Source: Dehalococcoidales bacterium
Lineage (GTDB): Bacteria; Chloroflexota; Dehalococcoidia; Dehalococcoidales; UBA2162
Direction: 5' to 3'
NCBI GenBank assembly: GCA_030698765.1
Contig: JAUYMF010000145.1
Span: forward strand, 1 to 39,654
DNA: 39,654 nucleotides
Shown here: positions 25,885 through 34,870 of the stretch, one piece after another
Numbering within the stretch: the stretch's first letter is position 1
How the letters are laid out: every line of letters starts with the position of its first letter
Notes under the pieces: generated by a model
What the model was told of the DNA's origin: nothing
The model's input: only the letters and a program-made list of their open reading frames with translations
Database searches by the model: none
Position numbers and translations under genes: made by a program

Positions 25885-25918
25885 AATTCCACATTAAATT
25901 TAGTGCCCCCTCCTTTGA

Positions 25919-25958
25919 GAAGGCTGTAGAGTCCCCAAACTCTACAGCCTTCTTGTTT
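25919..25958 (+). terminator. intrinsic terminator after ftsZ (between convergent genes)
   Basis: 14-bp stem GAAGGCTGTAGAGT / ACTCTACAGCCTTC with a 6-nt loop, followed by TTGTTT. Confidence 0.7.
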
Positions 25959-26020
25959 AGGCAGGGTTCCCAATAAAGTCAGGAGATGCTGTTCCGCAAT
26001 GGGGCAGGGATATCTGAAAA

Positions 26021-27226
26021 TCAGGCGGTGATGAGATAGATAGAGATGACGATGGCTTCCATCGTCATGGTGAGGGGCAGCAGGTAGCGATACATCCTGG
26101 CCAGGTTAGCCTGGAAATACGCCGCGGAGAGGATAAAGCACAGGTGCAGGGGGGAGAGCAGCAGGCCCATCATGCCGCTAACGTAAGCGGTCAGCAGGGC
26201 GTAGGTATTGAGTCCTGAGTCTGTAAGAATGTAGGGAATCAGCAGGGGCAGGGTAATGCCGGCAAAGGCCATGCTGATGCCGGTGGCCAGACCGATGAGC
26301 AGAGGTAACGCTACCAGCATAACCGCCGCTGGCAGCCCGATGGTTTGCATATCGGTGATGAGTACGCTGGCCGCTCCCGAGCTTTCTATCGTCGCTTTAT
26401 AGAGCATTATGGCGTAGAGCATGAAGAGGATTTTAACGTCTGCTCCATACTTTAGAGACTTTCTTAATTCAGGCCAGTTAGCTCTCTGCTGCACCGCCAG
26501 GAGTAGCAGCGTCAGTGGAAAGGCGAGCATTGCATCCATTCCCAGCAGAATTAACGGTACAAGCAGTAAAATAGGCCAGGCAGCCCGGAGCAGGTTGTAG
26601 ACTATTTTTTTGGTCGGTTTTGCGTCCACCGGTGGTATATTCTTCAGTATCCGGTAGCTGACGGCGCCGCCCGCTATAATTGCCAGAGCGCTCACCGGGG
26701 CAAGAGTTTTTACCACGGTAAAAAGGGGGAGAGACAGGATTACGCTGGTGATGATAATTGCCGGGTAAATGGGCATCGAGAATTCCCAGATGTGCCGGAA
26801 CCAGAAATTGATGAAGGTGCTTTGCTCGGGGTTAAGACCTACTCTTTTTACCAGGTCCCGTGAAGCCGTAGCCGAGACCAGCGCCCCGGCAGGCATGGGG
26901 ACAAGCCCGATGACCGCCGGTATCAAATGTAGCGCGGCCTTAGGGCCGATGCTTTCCATCGTGGAAGCCAGGCGGGACAGCAAGCCTTTTTCTTCCATCA
27001 GGCTGCTTAGAGTCAGGGCACTGCCGATTATTACCAGTAGCCGTAGCGTCTCCCGGTCAAGCAGAGACTGCAGCATGTGAGCGGGTATTGAGTTTAGCGG
27101 TAAGACCAGCAGGGAAATAATGAGACTGCCCGCGAAAATGGCCAGCCCGGGATGAATCTTCAGCCTCAAAAGGGCTAATATTCCGGCGATAGATACCAGT
27201 AGCGCCAGTGAGGAACTCATCGTCAT
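26021..27226 (-). CDS. DUF401-like polytopic membrane protein (putative transporter)
   Basis: 401 aa, about 10-12 hydrophobic helices. The MPAGALVSA and FWFRHIWEF segments recall DUF401 from memory. Confidence 0.5.
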   Translation of the reverse strand: MTMSSSLALLVSIAGILALLRLKIHPGLAIFAGSLIISLLVLPLNSIPAHMLQSLLDRETLRLLVIIGSALTLSSLMEEKGLLSRLASTMESIGPKAALHLIPAVIGLVPMPAGALVSATASRDLVKRVGLNPEQSTFINFWFRHIWEFSMPIYPAIIITSVILSLPLFTVVKTLAPVSALAIIAGGAVSYRILKNIPPVDAKPTKKIVYNLLRAAWPILLLVPLILLGMDAMLAFPLTLLLLAVQQRANWPELRKSLKYGADVKILFMLYAIMLYKATIESSGAASVLITDMQTIGLPAAVMLVALPLLIGLATGISMAFAGITLPLLIPYILTDSGLNTYALLTAYVSGMMGLLLSPLHLCFILSAAYFQANLARMYRYLLPLTMTMEAIVISIYLITA

Positions 27227-27411
27227 CTATTATCTCGCATAAAATTCAGATGGTGTCTGAAAGTGCTGATGCTTCCAGTAACGAAATGGTACGGTACAGG
27301 CTGCGGCAAATCAGTCACTATTCTAGCTGCTGGCGGGATGGTTTGTCAAAAGCGAAACCTCACTACCGTTATTGTGCTATCGAGCCGTATAAAAAAACCT
27401 GGCAAAGGGGG

Positions 27412-27465
27412 TTGACAGACACTACATGTTGTGGTATTTTATCTTTACTATGCTATATGCTGTGG
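27412..27465 (+). promoter_or_regulatory. nrdR-nrdJ promoter with two NrdR boxes
   Basis: TTGACA 27412-27417, 17-nt spacer, TATTTT 27435-27440. Box 1 is ACACTACATGTTGTGG (27419-27434, 13/16 to the remembered consensus acaCwAtATaTwGtgt). Box 2 is ATGCTATATGCTGTGG (27450-27465, 11/16). Box starts are 31 bp apart. Confidence 0.6.
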
Positions 27466-27474
27466 AGCCTGAAG

Positions 27475-27978
27475 ATGAACTGTCCATTTTGCGGTTATCA
27501 CGATTCTAAGGTTATCGATTCTCGTGATGTCAATGACGGGATACGCCGCCGGCGTCAGTGTTTGAGCTGTCAGGCCCGTTTTACCACCTATGAGCGGCCG
27601 CAGCCTGCCAGTCTTTTTGTTATCAAGAAAGACCAGAGGCGTGAGGAGTTCAGTAAAGACAAGCTGTTAACCGGCGTCCGTAAAGCTTGCGAGAAACGTC
27701 CGCTGCCTACCGGTACTGTTGATAAACTGGTTGATGATATTGAGGTTGGGCTTTACCGGATGGGTAAGGCGGAAATCCCCAGCACCGTCATTGGTGATAT
27801 GGTGATGGCCGGATTGAAGAAGCTGGACTACATCGCTTATATCCGTTTTGCCAGTGTCTACCGGGATTTTGCCGATATCACCGCCCTGAAACAAGAAATA
27901 GACAGTCTGGTCAGTAATGAAACTAAAGCGCCGCGCCTGGCGAATCAACTGTCACTGATTCCGGTCCAGGAGCTTTGA
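27475..27978 (+). CDS. nrdR: transcriptional repressor NrdR
   Basis: MNCPFCGYHDSKVIDSR...RRRRQCLSCQARFTTYE zinc ribbon plus ATP-cone. Start moved to ATG 27475. Confidence 0.93.
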   Translation: MNCPFCGYHDSKVIDSRDVNDGIRRRRQCLSCQARFTTYERPQPASLFVIKKDQRREEFSKDKLLTGVRKACEKRPLPTGTVDKLVDDIEVGLYRMGKAEIPSTVIGDMVMAGLKKLDYIAYIRFASVYRDFADITALKQEIDSLVSNETKAPRLANQLSLIPVQEL

Positions 27979-28068
27979 TTGACTTCCGGGAGGAAGTGTG
28001 GGGCTGGGGGATTGGGATTTTGAGAAAGAATAGAGTGGGATAAAATAAGAAGAGTTCTGGAGTATATC

Positions 28069-30645
28069 ATGCCCGATAATAGTGACGAAAGAGACGGTCA
28101 ATCCCTGAATCGGACGGAAATTTTGCGTGCCGTGGTGGCTGATGCGGAGTCGATGGGTCTGCGGGATAAGGACAAGATAGAGCAGCTTACCAGCCGGGTG
28201 ATTGAGCGACTGGAAAAGCCGCGTACCCTGCCCGGTATGGAAGACCTGGTCATTCCTTCTCACCGCCGGCAACGGCGACTACCCACCCGTTCTGAAATTC
28301 AGGCTATTGTCAAAGAAATCATGGCGGCTGGAGAACCAGCCCCGCAAGAGGAGGTTAAACCAATGACGGAACCAACCACCCGGCCCAGGCCGGAAGTTAC
28401 CGCGGCATCTGGCATTGAGATTGGTGAGAATGCGCTACGTGTCCTGGAAAAGCGCTATCTGAAGAAGGACAAACAGGGACAGGTCATTGAGAACGTGGAG
28501 GCGATGTTCCGTCGTGTGGCTAAGGCGATTGCCGAGGCTGAGCTTCTTTATGACCCTGAGGCTGATTGCGCGGCGGTGGAGGAGGAATTCTACCGGGTGA
28601 TGACCGGTCTTGATTTCCTGCCCAATTCCCCGACTCTGATGAATGCGGGACGGGAACTGGGGCAGCTCTCCGCCTGCTTTGTGCTTCCCGTGGAAGATTC
28701 GATGGAATCTATCTTCGATGCGGTGAAGTACACTGCCCTCATCCATAAAAGCGGTGGCGGCACCGGGTTTTCCTTTTCCCGGCTGAGGCCGGAGAGCGAC
28801 CGTGTTGGTTCCACGGGCGGTGTCGCCAGTGGCCCCGTCTCCTTCATGCGGGCTTTTGACAGTGCCACCGATGTTATCAAGCAGGGCGGCATGCGCCGCG
28901 GCGCCAATATGGCTATCCTCAATGTTGACCATCCTGATATCCTGAGGTTCATCACGGCCAAAGATGACCTGACCTCCCTGACCAACTTTAATCTGTCCGT
29001 AGCGGTAACCACCGCATTTATGGAAGCGGTCAAAGCCGGTACTGACTATAACCTGGTCAATCCACGGACTAAGGAAGTAGCGGGCAGCCTTAATGCCCGA
29101 GAGGTGTTCGACCGGCTGGTAGATATGGCCTGGAAAACGGGCGACCCCGGTGTCATCTTCATTGACCGCATAAATGATGACAACCCCACCCCGCATCTGG
29201 GCAGGATTGAAAGCACCAATCCCTGTGGCGAGCAGCCCCTGCTTCCTTACGAGTCCTGCAACCTGGGGTCAATCAACCTCAGCCGGATGGTGCGGGAGAA
29301 TAACGGCACTTATGAAATTGACTATGACAGGCTGTCGAGGATCGTCAGAACGGCGGTCCGCTTTCTGGACAACGTCATTGATGTTAATAAGTTCCCCCTG
29401 CCGGAAATAGAAGCGATGACCAGGAAAACGAGAAAGATCGGGCTGGGGGTGATGGGCTTTGCCGATATGCTGATACGGCTGGGTATTCCCTACAACTCGG
29501 AAGAGGCTCTGTCAGCGGCGGAAAAAGTGATGGCGGCCATATCACGTGAAGCCACTGAAGCTTCCAGAGAACTGGCAGAGACGCGGGGTGTCTTCCCCGC
29601 CTTCGAGGGCAGCGTTTATGACCGCCCCGGCGGGGTCAGGGTCAGGAACGCGACCCGCACCACTATCGCTCCCACCGGTACCCTGAGCATTATCGCCGGG
29701 TGTTCCGGCGGTATCGAGCCGGTTTTTGCCCTCAGCTATATCCACAATATACTGGACGGCGCTCACATGATTGAGGTGCATCCTATTTTTGAAGAAGTTG
29801 CCCGAAATGAGGGCTGCTATTCTGAGGAGCTTATGCGGCGGCTGGGTGAGGGGGCTCACCTCAGTGATATGAACGGCGTGCCGGATAGCATTAAACGGGT
29901 ATTTGTCACCGCCCATGAGATAGCTCCAGAATGGCACGTCAGGATGCAGGCTGCTTTTCAGAAGTCTACCCATAACGCCGTCTCGAAAACGGTCAACTTC
30001 CCTCAGCAGGCTACCCGTGAAGATATCACCGGGGTCTATACCATGGCTCATGAGCTGGGACTGAAGGGAATTACCATTTACCGGGACAGGAGCCGTGAAG
30101 CACAACCGCTAAGTACCGGCCAGGCGGAGAAGAAAGCGGAAGCGGCCGGTATCGCTCCCCGCAAGAGATCAAAGGTGACCTCAGGGGTTACCGAGAGGGT
30201 GACCACCGGATGCGGCTATATCTATGTAACCGTGAACTCCGATGAGCAGGGTATCTGTGAGGTCTTCTCTACCCTGGGCAAAGCCGGTGGTTGCGCTTCA
30301 GCTCAGCTTGAGGCAAGCTGCCGTCTCATTTCCCTGGCGCTAAGAGCCGGAGTAGATGTTACCAAGGTGGTCAAGCAACTCCGTGGTATCCGCTGTCCGT
30401 CCATCGCCTGGGAAGAGGGTAAAGCGGTGCTCTCCTGCGCGGATGCTATCGCCAGTGTCCTGGAGAAGCATATACGGGAGGACGCCGGCGATAATGGTGA
30501 TCCGCAGGGCAATACCGGAAGTAAACTGCCAGCCGCCCCTGGCCTGGTCAGGAACGTGGCCGGGCAGTGCCCTGATTGCGGCGGTCTGCTGGTCTACCAG
30601 GAAGGCTGCTTCATTTGCCCCGGCTGCGGTTATACCAAGTGTTAG
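28069..30645 (+). CDS. nrdJ: class II (adenosylcobalamin-dependent) ribonucleotide reductase
   Basis: [38 protein letters not shown] and TIAPTGT motifs, with a C-terminal CPDCGG..CPGCG zinc finger. An alternative start ATG 28363 has a strong GAGGAGG RBS. Confidence 0.9.
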   Translation: MPDNSDERDGQSLNRTEILRAVVADAESMGLRDKDKIEQLTSRVIERLEKPRTLPGMEDLVIPSHRRQRRLPTRSEIQAIVKEIMAAGEPAPQEEVKPMTEPTTRPRPEVTAASGIEIGENALRVLEKRYLKKDKQGQVIENVEAMFRRVAKAIAEAELLYDPEADCAAVEEEFYRVMTGLDFLPNSPTLMNAGRELGQLSACFVLPVEDSMESIFDAVKYTALIHKSGGGTGFSFSRLRPESDRVGSTGGVASGPVSFMRAFDSATDVIKQGGMRRGANMAILNVDHPDILRFITAKDDLTSLTNFNLSVAVTTAFMEAVKAGTDYNLVNPRTKEVAGSLNAREVFDRLVDMAWKTGDPGVIFIDRINDDNPTPHLGRIESTNPCGEQPLLPYESCNLGSINLSRMVRENNGTYEIDYDRLSRIVRTAVRFLDNVIDVNKFPLPEIEAMTRKTRKIGLGVMGFADMLIRLGIPYNSEEALSAAEKVMAAISREATEASRELAETRGVFPAFEGSVYDRPGGVRVRNATRTTIAPTGTLSIIAGCSGGIEPVFALSYIHNILDGAHMIEVHPIFEEVARNEGCYSEELMRRLGEGAHLSDMNGVPDSIKRVFVTAHEIAPEWHVRMQAAFQKSTHNAVSKTVNFPQQATREDITGVYTMAHELGLKGITIYRDRSREAQPLSTGQAEKKAEAAGIAPRKRSKVTSGVTERVTTGCGYIYVTVNSDEQGICEVFSTLGKAGGCASAQLEASCRLISLALRAGVDVTKVVKQLRGIRCPSIAWEEGKAVLSCADAIASVLEKHIREDAGDNGDPQGNTGSKLPAAPGLVRNVAGQCPDCGGLLVYQEGCFICPGCGYTKC

Positions 30646-30661
30646 TAGAAGGAGTTGAAAT

Positions 30662-31219
30662 ATGCCTGATAAAACAGAACGGGTGATGATATTCATCGAT
30701 GGCAGCAACCTGTACCATTCCCTGAAGGCTTATTTTCACAGAACTGATATTGACATCGGCAAGTTCGCCATGAAACTCCTGGGAAAGCGCCGTCTGATAC
30801 GGATTTACTATTATAATGCCCGGGTGGGGCAGAAAGAGGAGCCGGAACGCTACCGGAACCAGAAGGCCTTCTTTGACAGCGTCAGTGCTATCCCCTATTG
30901 CGAATTGCGTTTGGGGCGCCTGGTTTACATGAACTGGCCCAATGCCCCGCCTTATGAAAAAGGGGTTGACATCCAGTTGACCACAGACCTGCTTACCCAC
31001 AGCTTTAAGAATAATTATGATGAGGCTATCCTTGTTGCCGGGGATAGCGATTATGTAGGCGCCCTGCAGGCGGTCAAAGATAATGGTAAAAATGTGGAAG
31101 TAGCGTTGTTCGGCAAGGAGCGCACCTCCCGTCCGCTAAGGGAGGTCGCTGATAAGGTAATAACCATCGACGGGCGTTTCTTAAGGGGCTGCTGGAAAGT
31201 AGCTGGTATGCTTAAGTAA
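30662..31219 (+). CDS. NYN-domain (LabA/DUF88-like) predicted RNase
   Basis: VMIFIDGSNLYHS, KGVDIQLTTDL and VAGDSDYV motifs. Begins 16 nt after the nrdJ stop. Confidence 0.75.
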   Translation: MPDKTERVMIFIDGSNLYHSLKAYFHRTDIDIGKFAMKLLGKRRLIRIYYYNARVGQKEEPERYRNQKAFFDSVSAIPYCELRLGRLVYMNWPNAPPYEKGVDIQLTTDLLTHSFKNNYDEAILVAGDSDYVGALQAVKDNGKNVEVALFGKERTSRPLREVADKVITIDGRFLRGCWKVAGMLK

Positions 31220-31273
31220 AAATCAAAGGCCGTTCGGGACACATTCTCTGTCCGTGAGGGCGGTCTTTGCAGA

Positions 31274-31387
31274 ATTGTCTATCTGTCCCCTGTGCATTGT
31301 TCGTTTTGCTTGCGGAATGCCTATTTTGCTCGATTTTTCAATATTCATCTTGTTTTCCTTGATATTTATTTCATTGTAACCTATATT
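31274..31387 (+). promoter_or_regulatory. conserved upstream region copy 1 with promoter
   Basis: ~115 bp nearly identical to 36657-36771. TTGATA 31359-31364, 17-nt spacer, TATATT 31382-31387. Confidence 0.6.
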
Positions 31388-31589
31388 CTAACATTAATAG
31401 TGCGAATTGCTATTTCAATATTGCCACATCAGGGAACCGGAATGCTGTACGATACCACTTTCCGGTTGAAATGACAGGATAGAACTCCCTGTCCTGAATC
31501 CCCCCTGATAATCAAGCCAGGTAGCAGACTGAACTATTAACAAAAAAGAGTAGCAAAGGGGGAATTATCCCTTAGAAGGAGGAAAAAGG

Positions 31590-33470
31590 ATGAAAAGGGA
31601 AACCGTCTGGTTGATGGTGAGTTGCATGGTAGTATTATCCATGGTGCTTTCAGCCTGCGCCCCGGCAGCCCCGACGACGCCAACTTCACCGGCAACACCA
31701 ACCGCACCGACTACACCGGTTACGCCGACGACGCCAGCTACATCAACGACCCCGACAACACCAACGACGCCCGGTGTTGAGATGGTACAGGACTCGTTGG
31801 GTAGAACAGTAGAAAAGCCCCGCTACGGCGGTACATTTACTATTGCCCTCGACCAGGACACGCGGAATCTTGATGCGACCCTTGAACATCCTTATAACAC
31901 CGAGACACTCACACTCACCCATGAGAGATTCACCATCGGAGACTTTCTCAAGGGACCCCTAGGTACCGAGGAAGTAAGCTGGTGGGGTAGCGTAGACATA
32001 GTGGAATTCTATGTTGGTAAACTGGCAGAAAGCTGGGAATTTGTTGACAATGAGACCCTTGTATTTAATATCCGAAAGGGGATACACTGGGCACTTGACC
32101 CCGGCAATGAAGCCAGTCGGTTAGTAGCGGGGAGAGAGTTAACCGCCGACGATGTTGTCTTTGCTCTTGAGCGCATGTACCGGCATCCCAAAAGCTGGGC
32201 ATTACCCAGGACCCATGAGGAAGAAAGGCCTGTATCAATAACAGCCCCGGACAAATATGCCGTTGTTCTGAAGAGCAAGCCGGGGCTGGAAAGCGGGGCC
32301 TACCTCATGGCGGAACTGCCTTTAGGTATGTTTCAGATGACCAATCCTCCGGAAACATACCAGAAATATGGAGATGATGTCATGAAGGACTGGAGGAACC
32401 ATGTTGGCACCGGCCCGTTCATGATAACAGACTATCTGCCGGGAAGCGCGGCCACCTTTATCAGAAACCCCAATTACTGGGGCAAGCACCCCCTCTTCCC
32501 GGAGGACACCATGCCCTATATAGACGGTGTAAAGTTCCTGATTATTCCGGACCTGTCCACACGTATGGCGGCATTACGGACAGCCAAGATTGACCATAGC
32601 GGAGGTGGTAAGAGTCCCGTTCCTCTGGAACAGGCAGAACCCCTGCTGAGGACAACGCCGATAGAGGCGATGCCGATTATCATCAGGAGTCCCGAGGCCC
32701 TGCGTTTTAAGGTGAATGACCCCGCTCTACCTTCTTACGATGTGCGGGTCAGGCAGGCAATCGCCTTGGCGATAGACCAGCCGACGATAATGCAGGATAT
32801 GTACGGCGGCAGGTCCACGCTGCCCAATTATCCTATTATGCCGAACCTGGAATACATGGGGATGCATACTTCGCTTGAAGAACTGCCAGCCAGTGTCAGA
32901 GAGCTTTTTGAGTACCACCCGGACAAGGCAAAACAGCTTCTGACTGAGGCTGGCTATCCCAACGGGCTTAAGATAGAAGTAGTAACTATGGCACCATACG
33001 TCGATAACTTGTCAGTGCTCAAAGACCAGTTGTCCAAGGTGGGTGTTGAACTGGTAATCGATGTTAAGGAACGGGGAGTATTCCTTTCTCTGACACAGGC
33101 CAGGAACCAGAATAATGCCGCTTTTACTACCGTAACCAGCATTTCGCCCTTTGCTTTTCAGTACTTCGCGCCCGATGATTTGCCAAACATAAATGGCATT
33201 AACGACCCGGTAGCAAACGAGGCCTGGGAAAAGTTTAAACCACTCGCGATATCAGATAGACCCGCGGCTGAAGCGATACTTAAGCCCTTCTTCGCGTATG
33301 CTCTGGAGCAAGCCTGGAACATCGAGTTCCCGGCGCCACATTCCTTCTACATGTGGTGGCCGTGGGTAAAACTGCACAATGGAGATGTCAGTCTCGGCAG
33401 AAGTACTAACCACCACTTTATTCAGTACATCTGGATTGACCAGGAATTGAAGAAGTCCATGGGTTACTGA
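31590..33470 (+). CDS. family-5 (Opp/Dpp-type) ABC substrate-binding lipoprotein, paralogue 1
   Basis: AAGGAGG RBS, lipobox LSAC, Pro/Thr-rich linker, then an SBP_bac_5-like body (YGGTFT..., NPNYWGK, AKQLLTEAGYPNG). No permease or ATPase gene nearby. Confidence 0.8.
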   Translation: MKRETVWLMVSCMVVLSMVLSACAPAAPTTPTSPATPTAPTTPVTPTTPATSTTPTTPTTPGVEMVQDSLGRTVEKPRYGGTFTIALDQDTRNLDATLEHPYNTETLTLTHERFTIGDFLKGPLGTEEVSWWGSVDIVEFYVGKLAESWEFVDNETLVFNIRKGIHWALDPGNEASRLVAGRELTADDVVFALERMYRHPKSWALPRTHEEERPVSITAPDKYAVVLKSKPGLESGAYLMAELPLGMFQMTNPPETYQKYGDDVMKDWRNHVGTGPFMITDYLPGSAATFIRNPNYWGKHPLFPEDTMPYIDGVKFLIIPDLSTRMAALRTAKIDHSGGGKSPVPLEQAEPLLRTTPIEAMPIIIRSPEALRFKVNDPALPSYDVRVRQAIALAIDQPTIMQDMYGGRSTLPNYPIMPNLEYMGMHTSLEELPASVRELFEYHPDKAKQLLTEAGYPNGLKIEVVTMAPYVDNLSVLKDQLSKVGVELVIDVKERGVFLSLTQARNQNNAAFTTVTSISPFAFQYFAPDDLPNINGINDPVANEAWEKFKPLAISDRPAAEAILKPFFAYALEQAWNIEFPAPHSFYMWWPWVKLHNGDVSLGRSTNHHFIQYIWIDQELKKSMGY

Positions 33471-33492
33471 GCAATTCCGTAATATATAGAGG

Positions 33493-33530
33493 AGAGGGGG
33501 CAGAGAGATTTTTCCCGCCCTCTTTTCTCT
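33493..33530 (+). terminator. weak intrinsic terminator candidate
   Basis: AGAGGG (33493-33498) pairs with CCCTCT (33518-23), plus one further pair after a mismatch, followed by TTTCTCT. Confidence 0.3.
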
Positions 33531-33574
33531 GGTACGATTGTAATTGCTGGATTTCAACTTAGGGGGTATTGACA

Positions 33575-34273
33575 ATGCGACGCTGGGAAGAGGTCTTTCC
33601 GGAAACCGATTACCGGCTTTTCCAGAAACTGGGATATGGAGCCAAACAAGCCTACGGCATCAATCCGGCTCTTCTTATCATCGATGTTACCCGGAGCTTT
33701 GTAGGCTCAAAGCCGATGCCGGTAATGAAAGCGGTTGATGAATATAGTCCCAGTTGCGGTGAAGCAGCCTGGACTGCGCTGGAGAGCATCCAGAAGTTAC
33801 TGAGTGCTTGCCGTACTAAAGCGATTCCGGTGATATTTACGGCTAACGATGCGGTGACTTTGCAGTTTTGTAGCGGGGCCACGAAGGGAGGAAGCCCTTC
33901 AAGAAACAGGGAGAACCTTCAGGCGCGTCTGCATGGAAATGAAATCGTTGACGCAATTGAACCCCTGCCATCAGAGTTAGTGATACATAAGACCAAGGCT
34001 AATGTCTTCCATGGAACGGCTTTGCAATCTTGTTTGAAGACGATGGGTGTAGACTGTTTGCTTGTCGCCGGTTGTACCACGTCAGGTTGTGTACGCGCCA
34101 GCGTTGTTGAGGCCTGGGCCTGTGGTTATCCCTGCTTTGTCGTGGAGGAATGCGTTTTTGATAGGTTCGAGCTATCGCATCTAACCAGCCTCTTCGATAT
34201 GAACGCCAAGTATGCTACTGTCATTACTGTAGAAGAAGCCCTGGACTATGTGGGTAAGGTAAGAAAAGATTGA
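33575..34273 (+). CDS. isochorismatase-family cysteine hydrolase (amidase-like)
   Basis: ALLIIDVTRSF (Asp), a conserved Lys region, and AGCTTSGCVRASVVEA (nucleophile Cys). Start placed at ATG 33575, 8 nt after AGGGGG. Confidence 0.75.
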   Translation: MRRWEEVFPETDYRLFQKLGYGAKQAYGINPALLIIDVTRSFVGSKPMPVMKAVDEYSPSCGEAAWTALESIQKLLSACRTKAIPVIFTANDAVTLQFCSGATKGGSPSRNRENLQARLHGNEIVDAIEPLPSELVIHKTKANVFHGTALQSCLKTMGVDCLLVAGCTTSGCVRASVVEAWACGYPCFVVEECVFDRFELSHLTSLFDMNAKYATVITVEEALDYVGKVRKD

Positions 34274-34340
34274 TAGCCACACTTGCCAGAATCACATAGT
34301 AGAAGGAGGGAAAATTCTCGTTTTGAGCAAAGGAGGGCAA

Positions 34341-34868
34341 ATGCGCAAAGTACTCTTTGTAGACTATGAACCGTGCACCGGCTGTGAGCTATGTGTGCTG
34401 CACTGTTCCTTCCAGAGAACGCAGACCTTCAGCCGCAGTCACTCCGCGGTCAGGGTGATAAAGCAGGAAGAGAAAGGGCTATGCGTACCGGAGATGTGCC
34501 AGCACTGCCTGGAGCCGGAATGCCTGCTGGTCTGCCCGGCAGACGCCATCAGCCGGGATGAAGATACGGGGATCGTCAGCCATGACCTGGAGAAGTGCAT
34601 CAAGGGCTGCAAGCTCTGCCTGGAGGCCTGCTCCTACGGGACGCTATCCCTGGACTCGGTCACGGGCAAGATATTTGAATGTAACCAGTGTAATGGCGAC
34701 CCGGTATGTGTCAGGGTCTGTCCGGTGGGAATAATACACTACCAGGAAGCCGAACCGGAAGCCTTAAGCGGAAAAGACGACTGGAAGCGCCGCTTATTAA
34801 AGCAGGGCATGGGCAAGACCGCCTCGGAGAAGAGGTTTGCCGCGATAAGAAATGGAAGGGGGAAATAG
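34341..34868 (+). CDS. four-cluster [4Fe-4S] ferredoxin-like subunit (AorA/DmsB-like)
   Basis: Four Cys groups: CTGCELCVLHC, CQHCLEPECLLVCP, CIKGCKLCLEAC and CNQCNGDPVCVRVCP. AGGAGG RBS; stop is 2 nt before the AOR ATG. Confidence 0.8.
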   Translation: MRKVLFVDYEPCTGCELCVLHCSFQRTQTFSRSHSAVRVIKQEEKGLCVPEMCQHCLEPECLLVCPADAISRDEDTGIVSHDLEKCIKGCKLCLEACSYGTLSLDSVTGKIFECNQCNGDPVCVRVCPVGIIHYQEAEPEALSGKDDWKRRLLKQGMGKTASEKRFAAIRNGRGK

Positions 34869-34870
34869 AA

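Noticed and set aside
31292-31474. 60-aa ORF (MHCSFCLRNAYF...) and minus-strand mini-ORFs inside the conserved SBP upstream region.
   Set aside because: The second copy of the region (36657-36775) has indels that shift or terminate these frames (for example MHCSFCLDKTSICLIFQYPSCFP*, MDIEKSSK*). Conservation is therefore at the DNA level, not the protein level.
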